Shown here: positions 23,912 to 35,231 of the stretch, piece by piece
Position numbering within the stretch: position 1 is the first letter of the stretch
Layout of the letters: each line of letters begins with the position of its first letter
Assembly (NCBI GenBank): GCA_946965045.2
Contig: OX337228.1
Coordinates: 992,001 to 1,056,000, forward strand
DNA length: 64,000 bases
Direction of reading: 5' to 3'
Source: Epithemia pelagica
Taxonomy: Eukaryota > Protista > Bacillariophyta
Position numbers and translations under genes: made by a program
The notes under the pieces: model-generated
Seen by the model: the letters and a program-made list of their open reading frames with translations, nothing else
Told to the model about the DNA's origin: nothing
The model's database searches: none

Positions 23912-25427
23912 CGAGCTCCACTTCGACAAAATTGCAGCCGCAGTAGCCCGTGCTTCACGCTTTCGATTCTCGGTGAGACTCCCGGCCCAACGAGATTCAG
24001 ACTCGATACATTTCCCTAAAGTAAAATGAATTGCCCCTCATGCACATTGCACATGCCGACAACCATGGTGGAGATTCTAACCACCCATTCTCCATGGTGA
24101 GGAGGCGCTAGCACAACAATCAACCCGCCTCGTCTACGAGCTCGTATGCATATGAACAGCTACTAGTACAGAACACCTACCTAACTTAGTTCATGCTTGT
24201 ATGTGTCGTAGGTTGTAGGCAATCGTTTCGTCTGCGTTCGTCGTTCATCCCCATCCTGTCTTTTGCCTTCCGCGTGTTTCCTTCGGTGGCAGGGAGTAGT
24301 TGATTGTCGCGTATGGGTTGTCGTTGCGTCGTCCGCGTGTTGTTGTCAGTGGTGTCGCCTAGTGATTCGTTCGGCGGCAGCGAGTGGTTGATTGTTGCAT
24401 TGGGTTTGTCGTTGTTGTGGTCGCCGAGAGTTTCGTGCGGCGGTAACGAGTAGTTGATTGTCGCGTTTGGGTTGTTGTTGTTGTTGCGCCAAGTGTTTCG
24501 TTCGGCCTCAGCGAGCTTCGGGTTGTTGTTGTCATTGTCACCGCTTGCTGTCGTTCACCATTGGACGAGGCTTCGATTTGTTGGGTGACGGTAACGAAAA
24601 GACAGGGAGTTGATTGTTTCGTCGCAAGGTGGAAGAAGGAGGACGACCACACCATCTTCGACTGCCGCTGCCACAGCTCCACGGCATCCCCTCCTTCTTC
24701 CACTCGAACAATTGTCGGCTGCGACAGAAGCAGTCTGTCCACCCATGGTTGCGTTTGTTTCCTTGTTTGGTCGAACCAAACTTTTGTTGTTTGTTGCGTT
24801 TGAACCAACCCGACGAGGCTTTTATTTGCTGTGCTCGGACCACGAAAAGACAAGAAGTTGATTGTTGCATGCGGACGGACGATAAGTGAATTGCTGCATT
24901 CATTGTCTCCAGTGGCGTCGTCTTCTCATCGTCACTTCCTTCGTTGTGGTTGCCGAAATTCTCGTCATGTTTGTGCTTCGGAATCCTCCAGTTGATTGCC
25001 GTGTGTCCTTGCTGCTGCTCTCCAATGCCTCATCCATCCATTTCAAAGCTTCAGGTGACTTCCCTCCCCGCAATCTTTGCTCATTCCATCGGTATCCATC
25101 TCCACAGTCGATCTTCTCGTCGCGAGCTTCCCACCCCAAAATGGAAGACTTCAAACAACCTTGCCGTAGGTCCATCAAACACGCCAACTTAATGCCGCCC
25201 TTTTCACCCATCACGGTACACTTGATTCTGAGGCATCTTGGATGGTCGGAGGAGTACTAGCACCTTTCGTTGGAGGTGCACAGCGGTTCTTGTTGTCCAT
25301 GGTTGTGTTATGCAGTGCAAAATGACCGTAGTGGTCTTCCTACGAAGCTAGAATCACTATAGAAAAAACAGTGGAAGCCTTGATAGCACGGGCTACTGCG
25401 GCTGCAATTTTGTCGAGGTGGAGCTCG
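23912..25427. mobile_element. Tc1/mariner-like non-autonomous element
   Basis: 43-bp TIRs (23912-23954, 25385-25427) with 1 mismatch; TA on both flanks. Interior has degenerate gttgattgt repeats and no intact transposase. Confidence 0.85.
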
Positions 25428-25429
25428 TA

Positions 25430-25990
25430 GTACGTGACTTTGTGATTTACTTTCACCGACTATCCAGTCATTCAGTCAAATCACTCATTTTCTCCCCTAT
25501 TTACTTTCAGTCTCCCAGTCAATCACCGACATATTTCCATACTGACTATAGTCATCTAAGTCAGTCACACCTCATTCCAGGTCCATACTTTTAGTCTCCA
25601 AGTAAGTCCCTTCTATATTCGCCACTGTATTATTAGTACCTAAGTCAATCACCTCATTGTCCTTCGAATGACTTGCCAATTCAACACTAAATTCCCCCCC
25701 AAAACGAACTAAATTAGCAATATCTCTTGACTAAGTCAATGACTAAGGGGGAAAATTACATGAATTCGCTAAGTCTAAAGTAAGTCAGGTCAGTTAGAGA
25801 GTTGTGACTATAGTACTCTAGTAGAGTAAGCTTCAATATGGTGGGGGACTATAGTCGCTTAGTCAAGTACTTATCAGGTGGAGAAATGACTACAAGTAAT
25901 TCAGTAAGTCAGTTGCGTGATGTGTAAGTTACTGCATAGTATCTAGTAAAGTAGCTACTAGATATTTTCCTGACTAATAGTCAGCTAGTC
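25430..25990. repeat. AT-rich, AGTC/GACT-saturated, decayed foldback-like sequence
   Basis: Many agtc/gact words, palindromes gactatagtc, ttgactaagtcaa and tgactaatagtca, and loose left-right symmetry. Confidence 0.55.
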
Positions 25991-26004
25991 ATGAAGAATT
26001 CAAT

Positions 26005-29000
26005 ATGTCATTACAACACAACCCTGGTTTTATTAGGGCCTGTATACGTTTCATTAGCACTAAGCTGTACAACAGAAAAGTCTCCATCGGGCCTTTTGAG
26101 TTCATGTGTTGGGGGTTTGCCTCTCTGGAACAATCGCAACACCACCAGCATGGTCCCTGGCAACAAGTTCGTTGTCCAGCAATAGAACAAACAAACAAAC
26201 AAGAGAACCAGAACAATCCGCAAGACTTGTTTGCCATGGGCTCTCCCGCCGAAGTGGCCTTTGATCCCTTTCATTTTGCGGTACAGCCGGCGGACCCCAG
26301 CAATCTGTTGCCCAGTGACTTTAGCACGACGCCAAAGTCCAAGAATCTCCACCTGTCGGGCTTGTCTCTGTCCGATGTTTTGGAACGTCCCACCAGCAGC
26401 AGCAACAACCCTAATATTCCAGCCATTGGAGGACCGAGTGATGATATCAGTCGAGGAAGTAGTAGCAAAAAGTTTTTGGTTTCGGAAAAAGCCGAGGCGG
26501 AATCCATTTTTGGACAAGCCTTTGGAGCGGATGAACATGATCATGACCGAGGCTTTGACCGTACCGAAAGTGATGGTTCTCGAAGTTTGGATGACGATAT
26601 TGATTCCTTTATGGAAGTGGTAGCCTCCAAGGGAGGAGATCATCCCACAACGACGGGGTCCATTACCACACATGCGACGACGGCTTCGCCGTGTGAACCG
26701 GAATCGCCCGCCACCAGCAACACTACAAAACTGATGGGAGACGCGCCTCGATTTTTTAGTAGTAGTAGTAGTCAACACACGCGACAAACCAAGGACTCGT
26801 CGGCGGATGAAATGACAGCTGGATCCTCCAACAACAATAATAACAACAACCACCACAACAACCACAACGCGGCGGCCTTTGATCCCTTTCAAGAGGAATC
26901 CTCCACACCCTCCTCCAACTTTTTTACCATTCATCCCCCCTCGGAAACGGGAGGATTTGAGAAAAAAGAAGGCAGTTCTCGAGGTTTGGTACGAAGTATA
27001 TCCATGAGACGACAGCGCATGGTACCCTTGGTGACCGCCACAGCACCGGCGGCTGCTGGTGCTTCTTCTTCAGCTACTGGTTCCTCGTCGTCCTCCTCCC
27101 GACCCACCCTCTTGGGAGATTCCTCGTCCCATGACCGATCGGGGAGTCTTCGTCGACAACGAAGTTTTATGATACCCAATCCCAGTCGTTCCAATTCCGA
27201 ACGATCCACTCGATCGATCCACAGTAGTTGCAGTCAAATCATGGTCGATTTTAGTACAACTCGCAGCATGTTGGGAGACCTCTCTCCGGAACAGGCCGGT
27301 CGATCCATGCAACACATTTCCTTGGATGACTTTGATACCGATGATAAACAGGGAGACGAGGACGACGACGATGCTGCTGCTCTCAATCAAATTGAAGCCA
27401 TGAATCAACGACATCGAGAGAAACTACATCGGAGTACCACCGAAGGCTTTTCCGGATGGGACACGGACAACAACACTTCTACGACCACTACCACCACCAT
27501 TACTTCCCATAACAGCAGCAGTCGAGGGAAAAGTCCCATGCGCATGAGAGAAAATATCTCGGCGCGGACCCGCAGTTTTCAAACCACTGCGCAACAACAA
27601 CAACGACTGTCGTCGTCGTCGTCGCCGTCTCGGTCTCCGACCCGCAGTAGTTCAGAGCCGGTTGTCAAACGAGAACGAACCAGTGGTGGTCCATTGAAAA
27701 GTCGTGTGGTTTCACCGTCACGACGGCGAAGCAATGGAAGTTATGATGGGTCCGACGATGGATCAGAACATTTGCGATCCCCCAACCGGGGACCCCAACA
27801 GCAACAGCAGCAACAACCCTCGAATCTTGGTCGTATATTGCAGTCTCCCAAAACATCGGAACAATCCTCGGACCACCACCACCAATTTGGTTCCAATCAT
27901 AGTGCCACTCTCAGTGAAGTCGAGGCCATGAATGAGCGACATGCCAGTCGGGCCCGTCAAATGCGCAATGCCTCTCGAACCCGACCACCCCAACGACAAG
28001 AATCATTTCGTGTGCGACGAAAGGAGTCGCGGTTTCTCACTCGTACGTCGTCCCCCCTGCGACGATCCATGGATTCTACCGACACGTCGGCGACCGCTGC
28101 CACGTCCGAAGAAGGATCCAAATCTTGCACCAAACCAGCACGTACTCCCAGTGTCGATGGTGGATATTCCTCCTCCGCTTCCGAGGATACACGAAGTCGA
28201 AGTCCTCGTCGTCGCAAGGCCGAACGACGCAAACGGAATCCTTCCACTACGACGAATACTACGACGGGTGGTAGTAGTACGACTCCCAGTACTCCCGTGG
28301 CGGCTTGTTCGTCGTCGTCCAGTAGCAACAACAACAACCAGAACAGCAACAGCAACAACAACAACAACCAGAACAGCAACACTACTCAGGATGCTGGTTT
28401 GACGCGAGAAGGTCTCGTCAATCAATCGGAAGAAGGCAGTTTGGTGATTGACGATCAGCTTGCTCAACGATTTGTGGCCGAACTCCTCGCACGCAAAACA
28501 CGTGAAAAAACGGCGCAACTCTTGGCGGCTCAAGCCGAAAGTGCCAAGTCTCCTCGACCCAACAACAAGGCATCGGTCCGGACCACCCCCGATCACTTTC
28601 CCCGACCGGCCAAAGCCAGCGAATCAAACAACATCAACAACAACAACAACAACACCAATAACAATAGCAATAGCAAGGCTTTGGTGGATGGAAAAAGTCC
28701 CAAATCGGTCAAAGACTCAGTTTCTGCGGCCCTGTTCAAAGAGTCTGGCAAAAGTCCCAAACCGGTCAAAGAACCAGTTTCTGTGGTCAAAGACTCGGCT
28801 TCTGCGGCTGTCAAAGATTCGTCTTCCGGGGGTACTGGACCATCAAGTAATGGCGGCGGTACTCCTTCGGCGGGTGCCAAACGAAACAAGAATGCCTTTC
28901 TCAAAGACTTTTTACGGGCCGTCAAGAGTGGTGATCCCGAGGCAGAAGCGGATCATGTGCGCATCATTTGTCCCGTCATTTCCCGAAAACTCAACTCGAA

Positions 29001-29658
29001 ACATGGCATGTCCTGGGGACAAGACCAAATCATGCGCATGGGTCTGGCACGGGTCGTGAAACAGATTGCTCAAGACTGCGCAACCAATGGTACGGTAGAA
29101 GAAACGTCGGATAAGCAAATGGTGGAAGAAATTATTCAAAACATGCTCAAGATCCACAACGAATCGCATCAGCAGCAGACAACGACAGCAACAGAAGGTG
29201 GGGGAAAGAATGACAAGCCAACGACGGCAAGTGCAGGAAGTAGTCTGGCAGATGGTTCGCAACCCACAATATCACAAAGACGGAGACCGGCGAATGCTTC
29301 GGCCAAATGGAAGAATCATAGTTTCAGTGAATTTGGTTCCCCGTCCGCAGCTGTTCTCGGATTGTCAGGAGATAACAGTTTGTTGGCTCCCAAGAGGAAG
29401 GAACCCAACCATCACATGAGTTCTTCCGATATGGATTTCGCCGTAGAGGCCGGTATCCCGGACATGAGGGTCAGAGAGTCATCAGTGAGAGACCGAACAT
29501 TGGTTCGAACCAACTCATCACGTTTTCGATCCTCCAGTAAGGATGGGATTCCAGAAACAGCAACTTCTTCAAAACCACATGGAAGCATACGGAGTAGTGG
29601 ACGAAGCCGCTCACCAGAGAAGCGGAACAAAGCAATGTCTTTTACATCCACAAAGTAG
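26005..29658 (+). CDS. Large Ser/Arg/Asn-rich intrinsically disordered protein of unknown function
   Basis: 1217-codon ORF; probable start ATG 26236 (MGSPAEVAFDPF). No recognisable catalytic motif. Confidence 0.8.
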   Translation: MSLQHNPGFIRACIRFISTKLYNRKVSIGPFEFMCWGFASLEQSQHHQHGPWQQVRCPAIEQTNKQENQNNPQDLFAMGSPAEVAFDPFHFAVQPADPSNLLPSDFSTTPKSKNLHLSGLSLSDVLERPTSSSNNPNIPAIGGPSDDISRGSSSKKFLVSEKAEAESIFGQAFGADEHDHDRGFDRTESDGSRSLDDDIDSFMEVVASKGGDHPTTTGSITTHATTASPCEPESPATSNTTKLMGDAPRFFSSSSSQHTRQTKDSSADEMTAGSSNNNNNNNHHNNHNAAAFDPFQEESSTPSSNFFTIHPPSETGGFEKKEGSSRGLVRSISMRRQRMVPLVTATAPAAAGASSSATGSSSSSSRPTLLGDSSSHDRSGSLRRQRSFMIPNPSRSNSERSTRSIHSSCSQIMVDFSTTRSMLGDLSPEQAGRSMQHISLDDFDTDDKQGDEDDDDAAALNQIEAMNQRHREKLHRSTTEGFSGWDTDNNTSTTTTTTITSHNSSSRGKSPMRMRENISARTRSFQTTAQQQQRLSSSSSPSRSPTRSSSEPVVKRERTSGGPLKSRVVSPSRRRSNGSYDGSDDGSEHLRSPNRGPQQQQQQQPSNLGRILQSPKTSEQSSDHHHQFGSNHSATLSEVEAMNERHASRARQMRNASRTRPPQRQESFRVRRKESRFLTRTSSPLRRSMDSTDTSATAATSEEGSKSCTKPARTPSVDGGYSSSASEDTRSRSPRRRKAERRKRNPSTTTNTTTGGSSTTPSTPVAACSSSSSSNNNNQNSNSNNNNNQNSNTTQDAGLTREGLVNQSEEGSLVIDDQLAQRFVAELLARKTREKTAQLLAAQAESAKSPRPNNKASVRTTPDHFPRPAKASESNNINNNNNNTNNNSNSKALVDGKSPKSVKDSVSAALFKESGKSPKPVKEPVSVVKDSASAAVKDSSSGGTGPSSNGGGTPSAGAKRNKNAFLKDFLRAVKSGDPEAEADHVRIICPVISRKLNSKHGMSWGQDQIMRMGLARVVKQIAQDCATNGTVEETSDKQMVEEIIQNMLKIHNESHQQQTTTATEGGGKNDKPTTASAGSSLADGSQPTISQRRRPANASAKWKNHSFSEFGSPSAAVLGLSGDNSLLAPKRKEPNHHMSSSDMDFAVEAGIPDMRVRESSVRDRTLVRTNSSRFRSSSKDGIPETATSSKPHGSIRSSGRSRSPEKRNKAMSFTSTK

Positions 29659-30213
29659 GAAGCACCCTATCGTGGTTTCCAAGATGATAAGAAATTCAAT
29701 TTGCGTTCTCACTGGATTTCTTCTGAGACGGACTTGTGTAAAGAGCTACTAGAAACTTGTGAACCTATGTATCAAATCAAACCCGTGTCATGTTTGGACT
29801 CAATGTGATTTTAGTGTGTAGTGAGTAGCTGTGAGTAGGCTTTCGACTGTCCGCTTTTCAGCACTTGTGAACTGTAAGCGTCGCTTGCTACAGATCCAGA
29901 CATGAAAACACCGGCGCAAAGAAGAAAATGCACCTCCTTATAAACCGTCAAGCACTGTCCTGTTGATCACAAGAATGAACCTACGCGTCATCCATCTTTG
30001 GATTGAACGATGCGTTAATTATTCATTATAATAATTGGCCTCTGACCCTTTACGACAATTGTACCGACAATATCATAAATCTTGATGCTGCAGATTCCAA
30101 AATAAAGCTTTCGCGCAAACAAGATGATAAGTCATCTACCTAGAAAATGTGAAACCCTCTCATGTTCAGGACAAGAATGGAACATAAGAGCGTTGTGCGT
30201 TGCCCAATTGTGT

Positions 30214-30456
30214 CTACTTCTTCTTTTTCACAAAGGCAGACAGATCCGTATCATCGTCATCATCATCGTCATCCGTAGCGTTTTTCTTTTTATTCTTCCC
30301 GTTGCTTGCTTCTTTCTTGGCCTCCATTTTGCGTTCTTTGGCCAGTCGTGCCTGGACTTTGTTGAGAGCCTTTTTCTTTTGTTGCTGCTGTGCGGCCTCA
30401 GAGTTGTCTTTGGCCTCTTCTTCTGCAATCAACTCTTTAATGGCTTTATCGTCCAT
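30214..30456 (-). CDS. Small Lys/Glu/Asp-rich protein (80 aa)
   Basis: ATG at 30456 (MDDKAIKELIAEEEAK...DLSAFVKKKK). Coding-like charged helical composition. Confidence 0.6.
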   Translation of the reverse strand: MDDKAIKELIAEEEAKDNSEAAQQQQKKKALNKVQARLAKERKMEAKKEASNGKNKKKNATDDDDDDDDTDLSAFVKKKK

Positions 30457-31268
30457 TTTCTCTAATTTTTCGTTTTTCTCTAAATACAGCACAATGAGTC
30501 AGGGCGATTGGATAAGAAGGATCTGAGAAGTCACTTCCACTTACGTGCAATCATTTGAAGCCGTATTTGGTAGCCAATAAAGAGAACAACCAAGATTCCC
30601 AGTGCCACATGAAGCGGAAAGACTTTAAAAAACCACTGAATTCATACAAGGGATTGGATGAGCAATGGTCGGCAGAGCAAGAGGCACTTTTTGCCACTCG
30701 GACAACGGGAGGAACGTACGTATACACCAACAACGGTCAACAGCGGCATGGCGAAAGCCAAGTTTTCCCATGTAAGAAAGATATTGCCGCTATCTGATCC
30801 CATGATTCAGTCGACTAGAGCCAGTTCTCTTTGTTGTCGTCGTCGTCAAGCTTGGAGGACCCTTCCTGCGATCTTTTGGAGGGAACTGATTATTTATTCG
30901 ATTCGTAACAATCACCGTAACAAAACAGCGAGAGCGGAGGTGAGAAAAATGATCGGGATTCGGGACCCAATCATTGGTCCTGAACGGGACCGATTAGAGG
31001 GTACTATCTCCCCCAAATCTCTTCCTCATTTTTACGATCTGATCCTGTCCGATCGTCCCGCGTGAAGCGCGCGGGCCCTTTCTCTGGGAGATGGGGTAAT
31101 CCTGAGCAGGTCGCTACCTTACTAGTCAGATACTGACTGTGACCTATAGGAGTTACCGAACGCTTTTTCTGAATAAAGAACACTCTAGCGACAAAAGATG
31201 ATATACTGACTGCTAGTACTATTAAAACCCACCACCACCCGGTTCATAACCGCTACATATTTGTACTG

Positions 31269-32207
31269 CTAGTCATCTTCCACTTCGATCTGAAACACTT
31301 TCGCCTCACCATTTTCAATCTTCATCTGAACCAGATTCACCACTGCTCCAAACACCTTGTGATGCCCATCCAGATCTCCTCTGTATTTCTCCTTTAAGAT
31401 ATTGTAATGTTTCAGTAAATTGTTGACAGTTTCATGTCTCGCCCTGGCATCAGCCATCATCTTGTCTTGATAGTCATTTCTTCCAGTAGGTGTGACAAAG
31501 TAGCATCCAGAATCGTTGTAACCACCATCAGCAATCACTTTCTCATTCGGTAGTAGCTCTTGAACAAGCCAGTCTCTGGCAATCCGTAGGTCTGGCCAAG
31601 CGCCACAAGGGAATGCACCATTCCACCACACTATCCAGCCAGTTTTCAGGCAGATTCCCACCTCATACCTCACACCTGCTCCCTTAAACTTGTGCGAGTA
31701 CCATTTTGGATCAAAAGGTGACGGTTCCAAAATCCTGAAGTCAGTACCATCCAAACTAATGAAACAGACCTGTCCAGGTACACAACAATCAAACCTATTG
31801 TCCCATACAATCTGTTATAAGAACAACATCAATGGTCAGATATGAGGAGGACGACTTCATGGCAAATTCATGTAGGGCCATGTACTTACATAATTAAGAC
31901 CACTACACAACAAATTTACAAACACTTTGACCCACTTCCTGTAGGTCTTCCTCGTTGTTTTGGCTATTGAGACCATAACATCCTCTGTAGCATAGACTTT
32001 CAGAAAAGCCAATGTCCACAACAAATGACGAGGCGATGCACCTTTGGGCAATGAACTGTCCAGTTCATCCCACACATGAACACAGAGCAAAGGAGACATT
32101 CCAAAGTAAGAACGAAAAGCACGTGAGAAATCAAGTGAGTGTGAGTGTCTTGCTCTACCAAGCATTGGCAGAGCCAAGTTGATGAATATTCGTTGTGTCA
32201 CCAACAT
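31269..32207 (-). CDS. DDE_Tnp_4 (Harbinger/IS5-type) transposase, 286 aa after splicing
   Basis: Intron 31889-31812 (GTAAGT...TAACAG, phase 0). HTH-like HLLWTLAFLKVY, catalytic LDGTDF, ADGGY and RARHETVN, and WYSHKF motif. Confidence 0.9.
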
Positions 32208-32547
32208 GGTGGGAGAAAACCGCTTTGGAAAATTTGTGTTTGCTCAGTGTGTGTCGCGATGCTGACCACACCTTTACTCTGATCTCGGTCTGTCTGTGTG
32301 TAGTACTGTCAGTTCATTGGAACAGGTTTTTTGGAATTTCATCACGTTCATTTGATTGGCTGGTCAGTTGAGCAGCGACACTAAACTTTGTACTGTTCTA
32401 CATATAGTGACCAATTCGAATTCGTGTCCGGTCATTGGAACCGGCCTGGAACGGTGCAGAAATCGATTCAAAAATCGTTTTCATTCAAAAACTGGAATTT
32501 CTGAATGGCCCTACCTCGCCAACATCCTATTACTTTCTACATCTTAA

Positions 32548-32770
32548 GCGACCCACATATTGCCCTTATCTTGGGTTAACTGTGGGTCGCTTGATTATAT
32601 CATTTGAACGACTAGAAAGTGTCCTGGGTCGGTTTTGAAAAAACGACCTGGCTCGAAAAAATCGACCCAGCTCGTTTTTTTAAAACCGACCCAGGACACC
32701 TTATAAGTGCCCAATTCACTTGGACGAACGACCCACGGTTGACCCAAGGTAAGGGCAATACGTGGGTCGC
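32548..32770. repeat. Nested imperfect palindrome between the two transposon genes
   Basis: Outer arms 32548-32589 and 32729-32770 (38/42, all transitions). Inner perfect 18-bp arms 32619-32636 and 32682-32699. About 8 CGACCCA/TGGGTCG words. Confidence 0.9.
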
Positions 32771-32963
32771 ACTACTTTCAGAATTGGAGCCAAATTGGGC
32801 ATGGCCTCCTCGATTGAAAAATGGAGTCCATGATGAAAACCGACCCAGTCCGGATTTTGGTGAACTGTTTTTAGGGTCATAATTAGTTTTCGTGCGAACA
32901 GACCAGTCTGGTTTTGCACTCCCTCGCGCTTTTGTTTTACGTACTAATAGTACCTATACTCCG

Positions 32964-34033
32964 ATGACCAGGTCTGGCCGCAACACTTTGGGCGAGGGTG
33001 CCCTACTTTCGTGGAATTCAAAGTCAACAGATGCCGAATTCCTTGACAAAATCGTGTCAGAAGGCTTGATTTCGGAGAGCGCCACACCCAAATCTGTGTG
33101 GCTGGAACACGCTGTTTTCCAAAAGTACAAATTGGAATCATTCAGGTCGGCACTCAACAAAGCCAAAAGAAAATACCAAGTCCACTTGAAGGATCAACAT
33201 GAGAGAGAGACTGGTCATGAGTTGGGTGGTGGTGAGACGGCCCCATCTATGGATGGAAAGGTAAGGAACCCCAATGATGGAGATCTCAAACCAGCTCCTT
33301 CTTTGTTTGGGTCGTCCAAAGGACAAGGTAAGTGCCAGTGTACACTGTTTGTTTGATTGTTGAGTCACTGTCCTTACCTGTTGTGGTTTATTGTCTTTTA
33401 TGACCAGGTGTTGCTGCCAAGGTCGCTCCTGAGTCTGTTGTCAGTGACGATGCTATGGTGAAGAAAAGGGCGGCAGGATCCATGGCATTACAGGAGACAC
33501 TACAGGTACAACTACAACAAAAGAGGAAAAAGACGAATGAAGAAGACAGTGGTAATGACATGATGAGGAATTGGGAGCCTCCTCATGTCTTGACACAGTG
33601 GGTCGACGACAAGAAACAGCGTCATTTGGTGATTTTGGTGGTGTTGCCTACAGGTATTGCACATGAAGACACAACAAATTGCTTGATTGAAGTGGATCCG
33701 AGCCAGCTACAGGTACATGTGAAGGTAATTTGGCCTGACAACGCAACTCATATCCATTATCTAACCCAACACATGCCCAGAGAGTGGCATGTCGAGGAGA
33801 AAAACCTACGAATGAAACTTGCTTTGGAAGACGCCATGAATCAGATGCGAAAAAGAGAAACAGACTTTGTCAGGTCAAAGTTTTCTCTTTCTCTTCCTTT
33901 CATGGTCCAAAGCAGGTTCGACTACGAATTTATGTACGACACAACAAACGGATTCAGAGCGTTGTTGATTTCCCTACATGAGCCGGACGCACAATTTGAA
34001 GGCGGCATGAAGCACAAGATGGTGCGTCTGTAA
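32964..34033 (+). CDS. Transposon accessory protein (ORF2), 329 aa after splicing
   Basis: Intron 33328-33407 (GTAAGT...ACCAG, phase 1) joins ORFs 32892-33356 and 33455-34033. N-terminal helical domain, basic KRKK patch and beta-rich C-terminus. Lies inside the TIRs. Confidence 0.8.
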
Positions 34034-34265
34034 ATTAATGTAGTATGATTTGGGGCGGTTGCAAAAACCGGGTGGTGGTGGGCCTAAATCTTTCTATTAG
34101 TTCTCTATTTGTCTATGTTCATAGTTTATGCTATAGTACATCGATTAAGCGTTCTGGTCGTGTTCCGCTTTGTAGTCAGTCTTTGCCTGGAATGACAGCG
34201 AGCTGCTCAGGATTACCCCAGCTCCCTGTAAATTTCCCGATCAAAATACGAGTATTGAGTTTCTA

Positions 34266-35231
34266 GTGTCTATTCTACCCCTGTACTCACATGAGGACAA
34301 AATCCTCATATGAGTACACTTTCAAAAGAAGAATATCAAATCAATCATGTACTCCTAAGTGGTTTTTAAGTTCAGATTCGTAATCTCCATACTTGAAAAC
34401 GTACCCCGTGATATTCTCATGCTTTAATTGTGATGAGTAGTGACGATACAGTATCAAAAACAGAATTCATCCATGTTGGAGCGATGGTGATTTTCTAAAC
34501 TGAGTGTTTGGAGGGGATAAAACAGAAGACAATCAACCTGATGAGTGTTATTATCCCTAGTGATGATGACCAGTTGTCCTTTGCCTGATTGAGGCATCAG
34601 ATTGAGTTGGAGCGATGGTGATTTTCTAAACTGAGTGTTTGGAGGGGATAAAACAGAAGACAATCAACCTGATGAGTGTTATTATCCCTAGTGATGATGA
34701 CCAGTTGTCCTTTGCCTGATTGAGGCATCAGATTGAGAGAATTCAGCCAAAACAAGCCTCCATCACCACAGAGGAAAATTCTGAGACCGTAACAGCATTC
34801 GACACCAATACAGGGTCAAATGCGGCGTCTGAGCCTCCTGCACCCCAACAGTTCATGTACAGGAAGCACAGACACCTTCAGGGAACCAGGAAAGTGCAGT
34901 GGGAGACTCAAATCCGCCAATGCATGTGAAGACAGTTGAACTCCCTCGACAAAATGGTTGGATTTGCCCTACATAAACTGGATGGATGCATTTTCCAACA
35001 CACGTAGTGTCTTGCCACATAAACATAGAACATAATGGTTGATTGTGGTCTATTACTTTTCTATTTTAGTTGTTCATTTTTTTGGTAGAACGGCAGATTC
35101 CCATGGTTGGGATACATTTTTTGTCGATAGCTTCGTACTGTGGTCTACGTAGATATGATTTTAGTAGGATTGTCCTCATATGAGGACAAGCGCTGTCCTC
35201 ATATGAGGACAAACCGGGGTAGAATAGACAC
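34266..35231. mobile_element. Non-autonomous TIR element with palindromic subterminal sites
   Basis: ctagtgtctattctacccc / ggggtagaatagacactag inverted ends. TSD is either TA or CTAG (ambiguous). Palindrome tgtcctcatatgaggaca occurs twice at the right end, with degenerate copies at the left end. Confidence 0.8.
34475..34736. repeat. Exact 131-bp tandem duplication
   Basis: Units begin gttggagcgatgg at 34475 and 34606. Confidence 0.93.

Larger units (their letters stand above)
31226..34084. mobile_element. Two-ORF PHIS (PIF/Harbinger-ISL2EU-type) DNA transposon
   Basis: 19-bp TIR (GG)CCCACCACCACCCGGTT, with the left terminal GG changed to AA. TSD TAA at 31223-31225 and 34085-34087. Contains a DDE transposase and a divergent second gene. 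Confidence 0.88.

Noticed and set aside
30930-31100. Possible small MITE (gggacc and atctccc words)
   Set aside because: No convincing TIR pair or TSD could be defined.
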